Positions 1 to 14,618 of a stretch of DNA of 64,000 bases are shown here, piece after piece (positions within the stretch are counted from its first letter, which is position 1; every line of letters begins with the position of its first letter). The stretch comes from an uncultured Alphaproteobacteria bacterium (GTDB taxonomy: Bacteria > Pseudomonadota > Alphaproteobacteria > Rhizobiales > Xanthobacteraceae). The notes beneath the pieces were generated by a model. That model was not told the DNA's origin. It did not search any database and saw nothing but the letters and a program-made list of their open reading frames with translations. A program made the translations under genes and the position numbers. The stretch covers positions 73,070-137,069 of the forward strand of contig CAVTYO010000017.1 in the NCBI GenBank assembly GCA_963738915.1, written 5' to 3'.

Positions 1-1410
1 CTCGACCGCTTCACCGAGCGCTTCGGCACGCGGCCGGCGGAATGGCATTCGCAACTTTCACCGCGCAAGCGCGCGCGCACCTGGGCCGCGGTGGCAGCAA
101 ACGAAGTCTCGGTCGTGGTCGGCGCACGCTCGGCGCTGTTTCTGCCTTATGCCGACCTCGGACTCATCATCGTGGATGAAGAGCACGACCCCGCCTACAA
201 GCAGGAGGACGGCGCGCATTACCACGCCCGCGACATGGCGGTAGTGCGCGGGCGTGTGGCCAAAATCCCGGTCGTACTCGCCTCGGCGACGCCGTCGGTC
301 GAATCGGAAGTCAACGCGCGGCGCGGCCGCTACAAGCGCATTCAACTGCCGGAGCGTTTCGGCGGCCAGCACATGCCGATGATCGAGGCGATCGATCTGC
401 GCCGCGAGGGGCCGCCGCGCGGGCGCTTCATTTCGCCGCGGCTTGCCGAAGCGGTGCAGACCGCGCTCGAGCGCAAGGAGCAGGCGCTGCTGTTCCTCAA
501 TCGCCGCGGCTATGCGCCGCTGACGCTGTGCCGCGCCTGCGGCTTCCGCCTGCAATGCCCGAACTGCGACGCCTGGCTGGTCGATCATCGCTTCAAGCGG
601 CGGCTCGTCTGCCATCACTGCGGCTTCTCGACGCCGCCACCGGTCGAGTGCTCCAATTGCCACGCCACCGAAAGCTTTGCCGCGGTCGGCCCCGGCGTCG
701 AGCGGTTGGAGCATGAAGCGGCCGAACTGTTCCCCGACAAGCGCATCCTGGTGCTGTCGTCCGATCTGGTCGAATCGATGGAGCGTCTGCAGCAGGAACT
801 CGACGACGTGGCGCAGGGCCGCTTCGACATCGTCATTGGCACGCAACTGGTGGCGAAAGGTCATCACTTCCCCAAGCTCAATCTGGTCGGCATCGTCGAC
901 GCCGATCTCGGGCTCGGCAATGGCGACCCGCGTGCCGGCGAGCGCACGTTCCAGTTGCTGCACCAGGTGGTCGGCCGCGCCGGTCGTGAGGAGGGCCGCG
1001 GCGTCGGCTTGCTGCAAACGCATCAACCCGAGCATCCGGTGATGAAGGCGCTGATTTCCGGCGACCGCGAGGCGTTCTATTCGAGCGAAATCGCGCTGCG
1101 CGAACACAGCGGCTACCCGCCGTTCGGCAGGCTGGCGAGCCTGGTCGTCACTGCCAACGACAGACACACCGCGGAAAGCTACGCGCGTTCGCTCGCGCAA
1201 GCCGCGCCGCGCGACGAGAACGTGCGCGTGCTCGGTCCCGCCGAAGCGCCGATCGCGGTGGTGCGCGGCCGCCATCGCTTCCGCCTGCTGGTCAAATCAC
1301 CGCGCGGCTTTGACCTCTCGGTCTATTTGCGGCAATGGCTTTCCGCCGCGCCGAAGCTGCGCGGCAACGTGCGGCTCGAGGTCGACGTCGATCCGCAGAG
1401 CTTCTTCTAG
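1..1410 (+). CDS. priA: Primosomal replication protein N' (PriA helicase), 3' portion; the gene starts upstream of the window
   Basis: Frame 1 is open from nt 1. Translation shows the DEEH box (IIVDEEHD), a Cys-rich zinc region (CRACGFRLQCPNCDAWL..CHHCG..CSNC) and helicase C-terminal motifs (IGTQLVAKGHHFP). Confidence 0.9.
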   Translation, partial: LDRFTERFGTRPAEWHSQLSPRKRARTWAAVAANEVSVVVGARSALFLPYADLGLIIVDEEHDPAYKQEDGAHYHARDMAVVRGRVAKIPVVLASATPSVESEVNARRGRYKRIQLPERFGGQHMPMIEAIDLRREGPPRGRFISPRLAEAVQTALERKEQALLFLNRRGYAPLTLCRACGFRLQCPNCDAWLVDHRFKRRLVCHHCGFSTPPPVECSNCHATESFAAVGPGVERLEHEAAELFPDKRILVLSSDLVESMERLQQELDDVAQGRFDIVIGTQLVAKGHHFPKLNLVGIVDADLGLGNGDPRAGERTFQLLHQVVGRAGREEGRGVGLLQTHQPEHPVMKALISGDREAFYSSEIALREHSGYPPFGRLASLVVTANDRHTAESYARSLAQAAPRDENVRVLGPAEAPIAVVRGRHRFRLLVKSPRGFDLSVYLRQWLSAAPKLRGNVRLEVDVDPQSFF

Positions 1411-3088
1411 GCGGCCTTCGGCTTGACCTCGGCGGCGCTCGCCGCATAGCGAACCAGCGGCGGCTTGAGGCCGGCCTGCGTGAGTGTGTGCCGCACCTTC
1501 GGCCTGGCGGCGGCGAAATAGATTTCGGTGCCGGCGCGTTCGATCTTCTTCACGAAGGCGACGAGCGAGCGTGCCGCCGTGGTGTCGATCAGCGGCACGT
1601 CGGTAAAGTCGAGCACAAGCACGCGCGGCGGAACGCCGACGCGCTCCAGCACCGTCAGCACGCGCGCGGTGGCGCCGAAAAAGAACGCGCCGCTGATGCG
1701 GAACACCATGACGTCGCGATCGGTCGCGCGGCCGGGGTCGTAGCGCTCGCGCGGCAGCGCATCGTCGGCAACGTCGTCGAGGGAAGCGCCGTCGATCTCG
1801 ACCGCTTCGGCCATGCGGTGCAGGAACAGCAACGCCCCCATGACCACGCCGACGGCGATGCCGGTGATGAGGTTGACGAAGACGGTGAGCAGAAACGTCG
1901 CCAGCAACACCGCCGCGTCGCCGCGCGAGGTGCGCAGCAGCGACCAGAACTCCTCCTTCTCCGCCATGTTCCAGGCGACGATCGCCAGCACGGTGCCGAG
2001 CGCGGCAAGCGGAATGTAACCAACCAGCGGCGCCGCCACTGCGAGGAACAGCAGCAGGTAGCCGCAGTGAAACATGCCCGAGATTGGTCCGCGCGCGCCG
2101 GACCGCACGTTAGTCGCGGTGCGGGCAACGGTGCCGGTGACGCATATGCCGCCGAAGATCACCGAGACGATGCTGGCGACGCCCTGGGCGCCGAGCTCGC
2201 AGTTGGAGCGGTGGCGGCGGCCGGTCATGCCGTCGGCAACCACCGCCGACAACAGCAATTCAATCGCCCCCAACAGTGCAATGGCGAAGGCATCGGGCAG
2301 GATCGCCTGCAGTTTTCCCAGGCTCAACGCCGGCAGCGACGGCGCCGGCAGCGAGCGCGGTATGGCGCCGAATTGGGAAGAGATGGTCGCGACCTCAAGA
2401 TGCAGGCCGATGGCGACGGCGGAAGCCGCAACGACCGCAATGAGGAACGATGGCCACGCTGGGCGTAAACGCCGCAAGACGAGAATGACAGCCGCCGACA
2501 ATATTGCGATTGCGACCGTCGCCCAATTGAGCGTCGGCAAGGCCGCCAAGATGGCGCTCAACTTGGGCAGCAGCTCCGAGGGCTCGTGTGCCATCGTCAG
2601 CCCGAGCAGGTCCTTGATCTGGCTTGCGGCGATGATGACGGCAATGCCGGCGGTAAATCCGACGGTCACCGGGAACGGGATGTATTTGATGTAGGTGCCG
2701 CCGCGCAGCAGCGCGACGACGATGAGAATGACGCCGGCAACGACGGTGGCGAGCGCCAGCCCGTCGTAACCGTGACGCTCGACGACGCTGGCGACCGCCC
2801 GATGAAGGCGCCGGCGGGCCCGCCGATCTGAAAGCGGCTGCCGCCGAGCAGCGAGACGATAAAGCCGCCCGCGATGGCCGTGTAAAGCCCGCGTTCCGGC
2901 GACACGCCCGAGGCAATGGCGATGGCCATCGACAGCGGCAAGGCCACCACGGCGACGGTGAGGCCGGAGATTGCATCGGCACGCAGGTCGCTTAAGCCGT
3001 ACCCCTCACGCCAAACCGTCACCAGCTTGGGCGTGAACAGTTCCGTAAAGCTCGGTTCTAGGCGCGGCTTGGTCTGCGGCATCGACAT
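1407..3088 (-). pseudogene. SulP-family anion transporter with C-terminal STAS domain, split by an apparent 1-nt frameshift near 2798-2800
   Basis: ORF 2666..3130 gives the SulP N-terminus (..[42 protein letters not shown]) and then turns to nonsense. ORF 1407..2669 gives the rest, including the STAS domain (VMVFRISGAFFFGA..LDFTDVPLIDTTA). The probable start is ATG 3088 (MSMPQTK). Confidence 0.8.
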
Positions 3089-3150
3089 CGGGGAAATAAC
3101 GTGAAGACCGCGACTGTAGGCCACAAGCAACTGAGCCGCAACACGCCTCC

Positions 3151-4050
3151 TCAGGCGCGCGGCTCAGGGCGCCGGCCTCCCGGCTGCAACAGCACGCAGG
3201 CCGCCGCGGCAAGAATCAGAACAAAGCCGACGATGTCGGACACGGTCGGCCGTTCGCCGAGAACGATGGTAGAGGCGGTCACGCCGATCACCGGCACCAG
3301 CAGCGCACCGATCGATGCGGTGATGGCCGGCAGCCGGCTGACGATCGCCCACCAGAGGAAATGCGCGAGACCTACGCCGAACACGCCGACGTAGAGGATC
3401 GCCAGAATCGAATTGATGTGCAGCGGCCAAAGTCTTGGATAGCCGTCAAAGATAAACATGCCGGCCGCGATGAAGAAAAATCCGAACAATAGTTGCCAGG
3501 CCGCGTTGGCGAGCGGAGAAACAGTCGCTTTCACCCATTTCATGTAGACGGTGGCAAAAGCCCAGCCCAGCGCGCAGCCGAGGGAATAGAAAACGAAAAT
3601 TGGGAAGCGGCCGGCAAACAGCGGCCAAACCAAGATTGTGATGCCGGCGACGCAGAGCAGGAAGGCGAGCAGGCGGATACCGTCCAGCTTTTCGCGCAGC
3701 ATCAGCCAACTGAGCAGCGTGGCCCAGATCGGCATCGAATAGGTGATGATGATGGCGCGCGAGGTCGCGCCGTTGAGCTGGGCGAAGGCGGACAGAATCT
3801 GGAATGCGGTGACGTTGCAAAAGCCGGCCACCATGACATGCACGCGCTCGCCGCGCGGTACCCGCAAGTTGTAGCCGCCGAGCAGGGCTGCGGTGAACAG
3901 CATGGCCGCGCCGATGCCGGCGCCGGCAAACCGGAAGCTCCATGGCGGCACTTCCTTGAGCGCTTCCGCCGCGGCGATCCAGTTAAAGCCCCAGGCGAAG
4001 GCGAGCAGCACGACCAGGAGTTTCGCCGTGGTGGCGCGTTCGGCCTTCAC
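3151..4050 (-). CDS. DMT/EamA-family permease
   Basis: Ten-TM-like hydrophobic profile with EamA-type repeats ([10 protein letters not shown].., [20 protein letters not shown]). The ORF extends to a TTG at 4101, but GTG 4050 ([12 protein letters not shown]) is a more plausible start. The start is uncertain. Confidence 0.7.
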   Translation of the reverse strand: MKAERATTAKLLVVLLAFAWGFNWIAAAEALKEVPPWSFRFAGAGIGAAMLFTAALLGGYNLRVPRGERVHVMVAGFCNVTAFQILSAFAQLNGATSRAIIITYSMPIWATLLSWLMLREKLDGIRLLAFLLCVAGITILVWPLFAGRFPIFVFYSLGCALGWAFATVYMKWVKATVSPLANAAWQLLFGFFFIAAGMFIFDGYPRLWPLHINSILAILYVGVFGVGLAHFLWWAIVSRLPAITASIGALLVPVIGVTASTIVLGERPTVSDIVGFVLILAAAACVLLQPGGRRPEPRA

Positions 4051-4374
4051 GGCAATTCTCGAACGATGATTGCGAGCATGAAGCGGGCGGGCACTTTGCA
4101 AAGAAGGCGCAGGCTATAGGCCGCGCGCAGGGCTGGCGAGGGATGCCAGCGATGCAGATTTGTCGCCCCGGCTTTGCCGTCCTCCTCGGGCCGCAAGACC
4201 CGCGCGGGGCCCGCGCGATGTTGCACCGTAGTCCTCGCTGTGTTAGCTAGCCTTACGACCTCGCGGAGCAGGGTGACGCTCTGAGAGTCGGAATTCCCTC
4301 TTGAATTCCAGCAGCTTGCGCCGCCTTCCGGGAAGGCGCCCGGCCTCTGAAGTGGTAACGAGAAGAGCGTCCAG

Positions 4375-6467
<2,093 letters not shown>

Positions 6468-6479
6468 CGACAGACCACG

Positions 6480-7355
6480 ATGGCCTCTCTCAAGGACATG
6501 CGCGTTCGCATCGCCTCGACCAAGGCGACGCAGAAGATCACCAAGGCCATGCAGATGGTCGCGGCCTCGAAGCTGCGCCGCGCGCAGGTCGCGGCGGAAG
6601 CCGCGCGTCCTTATGCCGAGCGGATGGGCGTGGTGCTGGGTTCGATTGCGTCGGTGGTCGCCGGCAGCGATTCGGCGCCGAGGCTTCTGGCCGGCACCGG
6701 CGCCGACAAGGTCCATCTTCTCGTCGTCTGCACCGCCGAACGCGGCCTGTGCGGCGCCTTCAATTCCTCCATCGTGCGGCTTGCCCGCGAGCGGGTTAAT
6801 TCGCTGGTTGCCGACGGCAAGGAGGTCAAGATCCTCTGCGTCGGGCGCAAGGGCGCCGACCAGCTGCGCCGGCAATACGGCAAGCTGATCATCGAGACCA
6901 TCGAATTGCGCGGCATCAAGCAGGTCGGCTTCGAGCAAGCCGACATGATCGCGGGCAAGATTCTGGCGTTGTTTAACGAGGGCGGCTTCGACGTCGCCAC
7001 GCTTTTCTTTTCGCGCTTCCGCTCGGTGATCGCGCAGGTGCCGACCGCGCTGCAGGTCATTCCCCCGGTGTTCGAGGCGGCTGAGGCCGCCGGCCCGGCC
7101 GCGTCCTACGAATACGAGCCGGATGAAGAAGAGATCTTGAACGAACTCCTGCCGCGCAATCTTTCGGTGCAGGTGTTCCGCGCGCTGCTGGAAAACGCCG
7201 CGTCCGAGCAGGGCGCGCGCATGAGCGCCATGGACAACGCCACCCGCAACGCCGGTGAAATGATCCGCAAGCAGACACTCACCTATAACCGCACCCGCCA
7301 GGCGATGATCACCAAGGAACTGATCGAAATCATCTCCGGCGCGGAAGCGCTGTAA
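6480..7355 (+). CDS. atpG: F1 ATP synthase subunit gamma
   Basis: 291 aa. N-terminus [36 protein letters not shown] and C-terminus [15 protein letters not shown] are typical of AtpG. Confidence 0.95.
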   Translation: MASLKDMRVRIASTKATQKITKAMQMVAASKLRRAQVAAEAARPYAERMGVVLGSIASVVAGSDSAPRLLAGTGADKVHLLVVCTAERGLCGAFNSSIVRLARERVNSLVADGKEVKILCVGRKGADQLRRQYGKLIIETIELRGIKQVGFEQADMIAGKILALFNEGGFDVATLFFSRFRSVIAQVPTALQVIPPVFEAAEAAGPAASYEYEPDEEEILNELLPRNLSVQVFRALLENAASEQGARMSAMDNATRNAGEMIRKQTLTYNRTRQAMITKELIEIISGAEAL

Positions 7356-7370
7356 CGGGCGAGGACATCC

Positions 7371-9247
<1,877 letters not shown>

Positions 9248-9251
9248 GGAC

Positions 9252-9500
9252 ATGCGCTCCAACCTCGTCGTATTCCTGCTGATCGGGCTCCTGGTCGGGG
9301 CACTCGCCGGCTACCTGACGCGGCCGGAAGCGGCAGAGATCAAGCTCGGGCCGTTGAGCATCGAGGTGAAGGGAAACCAGGTCGCGCATGACAACGGGCC
9401 TTTGACCTCGAGCCAGACGCAGCATATTGCAATCATTACGGCGATCGGCGGCGCCATCGGGTTGGGCCTGGGGTTTGCGATGAGCAGGAAACAGGGCTGA
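9252..9500 (+). CDS. Small hypothetical membrane protein (82 aa, two predicted TM helices) between atpD and atpC
   Basis: The ATG at 9252 lies 4 nt after the atpD stop. Hydrophobic segments are LVVFLLIGLLVGALAGYL and IAIITAIGGAIGLGLGFAM. It ends 8 nt before atpC. I recognise no family. Confidence 0.5.
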   Translation: MRSNLVVFLLIGLLVGALAGYLTRPEAAEIKLGPLSIEVKGNQVAHDNGPLTSSQTQHIAIITAIGGAIGLGLGFAMSRKQG

Positions 9501-9508
9501 CTTAAACC

Positions 9509-9919
9509 ATGGCCGATTTTCATTTCGAACTGGTATCGCCTGAAAAACTGGTGTTTTCCGGAGAGGTCGAACAGGTCGACGTGCCCGGCGCCGAAGGCGA
9601 TTTCGGCGTGCTCGCGGGCCACGCGCCCTACGTGACGACGCTGCGGCCCGGCATCCTCACAGTGCACGGTTCGGGCGGCACGCAGAAGATCGTCGTGCTC
9701 GGCGGCTTCGCCGAGGTGTCGGCGTCAGGCCTGACCGTGCTCGCCGAAGTGGCCGAGGCGGTCGAGGACATCGACCGCGATATGATCGCAACCCGCATCG
9801 GCGAAATGGAAAGCCGCATCGAGAAAATGCAGCCGGGCAACGCGCTCGACAAGCTGATCATGCGGCTCGACCACTTCAAGGCCGTGGATCGGCATTTGAC
9901 GGGTACGGCGGCGCACTGA
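9509..9919 (+). CDS. atpC: F1 ATP synthase subunit epsilon
   Basis: 136 aa. [40 protein letters not shown] is typical of AtpC. Confidence 0.9.
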   Translation: MADFHFELVSPEKLVFSGEVEQVDVPGAEGDFGVLAGHAPYVTTLRPGILTVHGSGGTQKIVVLGGFAEVSASGLTVLAEVAEAVEDIDRDMIATRIGEMESRIEKMQPGNALDKLIMRLDHFKAVDRHLTGTAAH

Positions 9920-9935
9920 GGGGCAGCCTTGCCGT

Positions 9936-10433
9936 TCAGGCAACGCGCGAAAATTCCTTCACCACCCGCTCATAAATCGATCGCTTGAACGGCACCACAA
10001 GGTCGGCCAGTTCGCGCATCGCCACCCATCGCCATTCGACGAATTCCGGCTCATGGCCGCCGCCGGGCTCGCTGATGTTGATCTCGCCGTCGTTGCCGGT
10101 GAAACGCAGGGCGTACCATTTCTGCTTCTGCCCGCGATATTTGCCGCCCCAGGCATCGCTCGCGAGCTGCGCCGGGATGTCGTAGGTGAGCCACTCCGCA
10201 ATCTCGCCGAGCTTTTGCACCGAGCGGATGCTGGTTTCCTCGTAAAGTTCGCGCAGCGCCGCCTTGTAGGGATCCTCGTTCTCGTCGATGCCGCCCTGCG
10301 GCATCTGCCAGACATGGGTGGGATCGAGATGTTCCGGCCCGCTGGTGCGGCGGCCGATGAACGCATGTCCGGCGCTGTTGAGCACCATCACCCCGGCGCA
10401 GGGACGATAGGGAAGCTGGTCATAGGGAGGCAT
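9936..10433 (-). CDS. rppH: RNA pyrophosphohydrolase (Nudix family)
   Basis: Nudix box [22 protein letters not shown] and the RppH-like N-terminus [11 protein letters not shown]. Confidence 0.85.
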   Translation of the reverse strand: MPPYDQLPYRPCAGVMVLNSAGHAFIGRRTSGPEHLDPTHVWQMPQGGIDENEDPYKAALRELYEETSIRSVQKLGEIAEWLTYDIPAQLASDAWGGKYRGQKQKWYALRFTGNDGEINISEPGGGHEPEFVEWRWVAMRELADLVVPFKRSIYERVVKEFSRVA

Positions 10434-10482
10434 CGGCGGGTCCCGTTATCACCGTGCGCTTCGATCGCGCGCGATAGTGACG

Positions 10483-11778
10483 TTACGATGACTTCGCCTT
10501 CGCCGCCACCATGGTCACCGGCACCAGCACGAAGCCGCGGCCTTCCACGCCCTTCGCCCACGCGCCGATGCGGTCGATGGTCGCGGGGAGCGCGTTGGCG
10601 ATGCCGACGGCGCTGCCATGTTCGCGTGCCGCCATTTCCAGCCGCGCCAGCGCCTGGTCGATCTCCTGCGGCGTGAGCACCGCGTCGAGGACGATATCGG
10701 TCTTCACGAACGGAATGTTCTGGCTGCCGGCGATCTGCGCGGCGGCGCTTCGCGCCGAGGCGCCGTCATCGACATAAATGAGGCCGCGCTTGGCGGTCTC
10801 GCGCAACACCGGCGACAGCGCCTGCTCGCTGGCGGTAAAGCGCGCGCCCATATAGCCGACAATTCCGACATAGCCGGCAAAGCGGCTCATCATCCATTGC
10901 AGCCGGTCGATATTCTGGTCGGGGGTCAAGGACGTGAGCAGCGTCTGCGGGCCGGGGTCGTTGTTGGGATAATCGAACGGCTCCATCGGCGCCTGCAGCA
11001 GCACTTCGTGCTTCTCGGCCCCCGCGCGCGCGGCGAGCGCGCCGAGATCGGCGCCGTATGGCGCGATCGCGAACGTGACCGGCGCCGGCAACTTGGCGAA
11101 TGCGTCCGCGGTGCCGGAGGCGCTGATGCCAAGGCCGCCGACGATGATGGCGATCTGGGGTACGCCTTTCTTGTCCGCCGGTAATTCGCGCGGCTGGGCG
11201 AACACGACCGAGGCACGGGCCCCACCCGGCCCGATGATCGGGATGGCGCCGTGCCGCGACGGCTCGCTGAGTTTTGGATCGGGCGCGCCCTTTGTCTCGC
11301 CCTTGATCTGCCCCTTCGCCTCGCCCGGCGTGTGCGGCGCCTTCTCTCCGGGATTGCCCGGAATCGTCACCTCCTGGGTTTTGCCGTTGGAGCCGTCAAT
11401 GATGGTGACGGTCTTGCTGCCCGGCGGCGGCGTGACGATCTTCACTGCGACGGCGCCGTCGGGCGCTTTCTGCTCGACCGGCCCGTCATAGCGGGCGTGG
11501 TTGACGCCGTCGCCGGCGCCCTCCGGCTTGGCAGGTGTGGCAGCCTGCAGCTGCTTGGTTGCGACCACCGCGATCGGCTCGCCGCCGAGCGGGTCGTCGG
11601 CGAAGATCGCCCAGGCAGCGACAATAATTGCGAATAGCCCAAGCGCGCCCGCGACCAGATGCGGCAGCGCGACCGGCAGCTTCCAGGTTTTCTTGGCCTT
11701 GTCCTGGCCGAGCGGGGCGTTCAGCTCATCCGGGGCCACGGCCGCAGATCCTTGCGAATCATGGGCCAAGTCTAGCAT
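10483..11778 (-). CDS. Divergent polysaccharide deacetylase (YibQ-like) protein with N-terminal TM anchor and Pro-rich linker
   Basis: C-terminal domain IAIIVGGLGISASGT..VTFAIAPYGADL..HEVLLQAPMEPFDYPNNDPGP matches the YibQ/divergent polysaccharide deacetylase pattern. Confidence 0.75.
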   Translation of the reverse strand: MLDLAHDSQGSAAVAPDELNAPLGQDKAKKTWKLPVALPHLVAGALGLFAIIVAAWAIFADDPLGGEPIAVVATKQLQAATPAKPEGAGDGVNHARYDGPVEQKAPDGAVAVKIVTPPPGSKTVTIIDGSNGKTQEVTIPGNPGEKAPHTPGEAKGQIKGETKGAPDPKLSEPSRHGAIPIIGPGGARASVVFAQPRELPADKKGVPQIAIIVGGLGISASGTADAFAKLPAPVTFAIAPYGADLGALAARAGAEKHEVLLQAPMEPFDYPNNDPGPQTLLTSLTPDQNIDRLQWMMSRFAGYVGIVGYMGARFTASEQALSPVLRETAKRGLIYVDDGASARSAAAQIAGSQNIPFVKTDIVLDAVLTPQEIDQALARLEMAAREHGSAVGIANALPATIDRIGAWAKGVEGRGFVLVPVTMVAAKAKSS

Positions 11779-11821
11779 GCGGGGCTATGAACCCGCCGTT
11801 ACCGCTGCGCCAAAGCGAAAC

Positions 11822-11845
11822 GGGGCGGCCATTAAAGGCCGCCCC
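11822..11845 (-). terminator. Putative rho-independent terminator downstream of ctpA
   Basis: Perfect 9-bp stem ggggcggcc/ggccgcccc with a 6-nt loop. On the minus strand it is followed by gtttcgcttt. Confidence 0.5.
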
Positions 11846-11875
11846 GCGGGATTGGTTTAACGCTTTTAGCCGCGA

Positions 11876-13222
11876 TTAATTCGGTACCGGTGTCTTCGGA
11901 TTTGGCGGGAAGGCCGAGTTCACCTTGACGCCGCGCAGCAGGTCTTCCGCCATGCTCAGCGCCTTGTCGTCCTTGCGCTCCGGCGGAATGTAGGACTGCG
12001 AACCGGTCTGCTCCTTGCCCGCATCGCCCTTGAGGTGGCCGCGCAACGAGGCCTCGCCCTTGGTCGAGGTGTCGGTCTTGGCCTTGATGTCGTCCGGCAG
12101 GTCCTGCAGCACCTCGATGTCGGGGGTGATGCCCTTGGCCTGGATCGAACGGCCCGACGGCGTGAAGTAACGCGCGGTGGTCAATCGCAAGGCACCGTTG
12201 CCGGAGCCGAGCGGGATGATGGTCTGCACCGAGCCTTTGCCGAACGAGCGGGTGCCGACCACGGTCGCGCGCCGGTGATCCTGCAATGCGCCGGCGACGA
12301 TTTCCGACGCCGAGGCCGAGCCGCCGTTGACCAGCACGATCAGCGGCTTGCCGTTGGTGAGATCGCCGGGCCGCGCCGAGAAGCGCTGCGTCTCCTCGGC
12401 ATTGCGGCCGCGCGTGGAAACGATCTCGCCCTTTTGCAGGAAGGCGTCAGACACCGAGATCGCCTGATCGAGCAGGCCACCCGGATTGTTGCGCAGATCG
12501 AGGACGTAGCCCTTGAGCTTGTCGTTGCTGATCTTGGCGCCGATATCGGTGATCGCCTTCTTCAGGCCGTCGAAGGTCTGTTCGTTGAACTGCGTCATAC
12601 GGATATAGCCAACGTCGTCGCCGATCGCTTCCGAGCGCACCGAGCGCACGCGGATGATGTCGCGCGTCAGCGAAATTTCCAGCGGCTTGTCCTGACCCTT
12701 GCGCATGACGGTGAGCTTGATCTTGGTGTTCACCGGTCCGCGCATCTTCTCGACCGCCTGGTTGAGCGTCATGCCCTGCACCTGGTCGTCGTCGAGCTTG
12801 GTGATGATGTCGTTGGCAAGAATGCCGGCCTTGGCGGCGGGGGTCTCGTCGATCGGCGTCACGACCTTGATCAGGCCGTCTTCCATGGTGACCTCGATGC
12901 CGAGCCCGCCGAACTCACCGCGGGTCTGCACCTGCATGTCGCGGAAGCTCTTCGGGTCCATGTAGCTCGAGTGCGGATCGAGCCCGGCGAGCATGCCGTT
13001 GATCGCGGATTCGATAAGCTTTGAATCGTCCGGCACTTCGACGTAATCGGAGCGCACCCGTTCGAATACGTCGCCGAACAGATTGAGCTGGCGGTAGGTA
13101 TCGGCCACCGCCGCCTTGGCGCTGGAGCCGGCGAACATCATGTGCGGTTGCGTGGCGAACAGCGTCACCGTAGCTCCCGCCACCGCGCCGAGTACGATCA
13201 GTGAGGTCTTGCGCATCATCAT
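11876..13222 (-). CDS. ctpA: Carboxy-terminal processing protease (S41 family, PDZ domain)
   Basis: 448 aa with signal peptide, PDZ region and S41 catalytic region (LVNGGSASASEIVAGALQD..GTRSFGKGSVQ). Confidence 0.9.
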   Translation of the reverse strand: MMMRKTSLIVLGAVAGATVTLFATQPHMMFAGSSAKAAVADTYRQLNLFGDVFERVRSDYVEVPDDSKLIESAINGMLAGLDPHSSYMDPKSFRDMQVQTRGEFGGLGIEVTMEDGLIKVVTPIDETPAAKAGILANDIITKLDDDQVQGMTLNQAVEKMRGPVNTKIKLTVMRKGQDKPLEISLTRDIIRVRSVRSEAIGDDVGYIRMTQFNEQTFDGLKKAITDIGAKISNDKLKGYVLDLRNNPGGLLDQAISVSDAFLQKGEIVSTRGRNAEETQRFSARPGDLTNGKPLIVLVNGGSASASEIVAGALQDHRRATVVGTRSFGKGSVQTIIPLGSGNGALRLTTARYFTPSGRSIQAKGITPDIEVLQDLPDDIKAKTDTSTKGEASLRGHLKGDAGKEQTGSQSYIPPERKDDKALSMAEDLLRGVKVNSAFPPNPKTPVPN

Positions 13223-14529
13223 CCGCGAACCTTTTCACCTTCGCCAGATGCCCACCATGGGCCTGGATCGACGGGAATCCCGTCTTTTCGAAATTCAACG
13301 TAGAGCACCGGTTGGCTGGAACCAGTCGCGAGGATCGAGGCGATATGGGAGCCGTTTCCCATCACCGCAACGGGTTCTCCGGCCAGCACGAACTGTCCGA
13401 GATCAACTGATATCCGTTCCATCCCAGCGAGCAAGATATGATAGCCGCCGCCGGCATTCAGGATCAAGAGTTGGCCATAAGAGCGGAACGGCCCGGCGTA
13501 AACAACCCAACCGTCGCAGGGCGCGGTAACCTGCGCACCGGCGCGGGTCGCAACGGATAGACCCTTTTCCGAACCGCCGAGGCCGTCGGGCGCCCCGTAA
13601 TCCTTGATTTTGACGCCATTAACCGGAATCGGAACTTGTCCACGCAATGACGCAAAAGTTACGGCCGGCGCGAGCCGTCCGGGATCGCGGAACGCAGACA
13701 GCGCCGGGCGGCTGTCGCTGCGCGCGGCCTCGCGGGCGGCGCGGATGGCCGGGTCGAGACCCTGTTCGAGTTTGGCGATCAAGTCCTTGAGGTTGTCGAC
13801 CTGTTTGGCGAGGTCGGCGGCGCGCGTGCGTTCGGCGTCGAGCGCCTTTTCGCGCTCGGCCTGCTGTTTTTGCCGCTCCCCGATCAACGCGGTCATGCGC
13901 GTGCGCTGCTCGTCGAGTGAGGCGACTTCCTTGCGCAGGCGATCGCGCTCCTCGGCGATCTTCTTGCGCACGCCGACCAGTTCGGTGAGGTCGCTCGCCA
14001 GCGCATCGACCTGCTGACGCATTTCCGGGAGCACCGCGCCGAGCAGCATGGCGGTGCGCACGGTCTGCAGCGCGTCCTCCGGGCTCGAGATCAGCGCCGG
14101 CGGCGGCCGGTGGCCAATCCGCTGCAGCGCTGCCAGCACTTCCCCGATCACGGCGCGGCGCCCGTCCAGCGACTTGCGGATGCTCGCCTCGTTATCGTCG
14201 AGCGGAGCGAGCCGGGCCTCGGTCGCCGCGATCTTGGCCTCGAACTCGCGTGAGTGCGTGGCGGTGTCGATCAGTTTCTGACTGAGCTTGCGGCGGTCGG
14301 CGCCGATCTCCTCGATCTCGCGCTTGAGGGCGGCTTCGGCATCGGCTGATTTACGCTGGGCCTCGCGGCTGCTGCTGAGTTCCTGGTCGCGCTGCTGCAG
14401 GTTCGCCGGAACCGCATTTTGCGCCGCCGTCCGATTCTGCAGCGCGGCAGTCAGCGCAAAGGGCAACGCCAGACCAAGCGCCAGCGCCGATCGCGAGCTG
14501 AAGCGGCCAAAACCGCCGGGGCAAATCAT
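13219..14529 (-). CDS. EnvC-like murein hydrolase activator (coiled coil + M23/LytM domain)
   Basis: Signal peptide, long coiled-coil region and a C-terminal LytM-like domain (GLSVATRAGAQVTAPCDGWVVYAGPFRSYGQLLILNAGGGYHILLAGM). ATG 14529 is preferred over TTG 14538. It overlaps the ctpA start by 4 nt. Confidence 0.8.
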   Translation of the reverse strand: MICPGGFGRFSSRSALALGLALPFALTAALQNRTAAQNAVPANLQQRDQELSSSREAQRKSADAEAALKREIEEIGADRRKLSQKLIDTATHSREFEAKIAATEARLAPLDDNEASIRKSLDGRRAVIGEVLAALQRIGHRPPPALISSPEDALQTVRTAMLLGAVLPEMRQQVDALASDLTELVGVRKKIAEERDRLRKEVASLDEQRTRMTALIGERQKQQAEREKALDAERTRAADLAKQVDNLKDLIAKLEQGLDPAIRAAREAARSDSRPALSAFRDPGRLAPAVTFASLRGQVPIPVNGVKIKDYGAPDGLGGSEKGLSVATRAGAQVTAPCDGWVVYAGPFRSYGQLLILNAGGGYHILLAGMERISVDLGQFVLAGEPVAVMGNGSHIASILATGSSQPVLYVEFRKDGIPVDPGPWWASGEGEKVRG

Positions 14530-14618
14530 TGCAGTCAAATTACGCTCGCCTGCATGGACGGCAAGAAGATTGTGGCGGAAATCCTTGGCCTTCGATTACG
14601 TCCAAATTGCGGGCCGAT

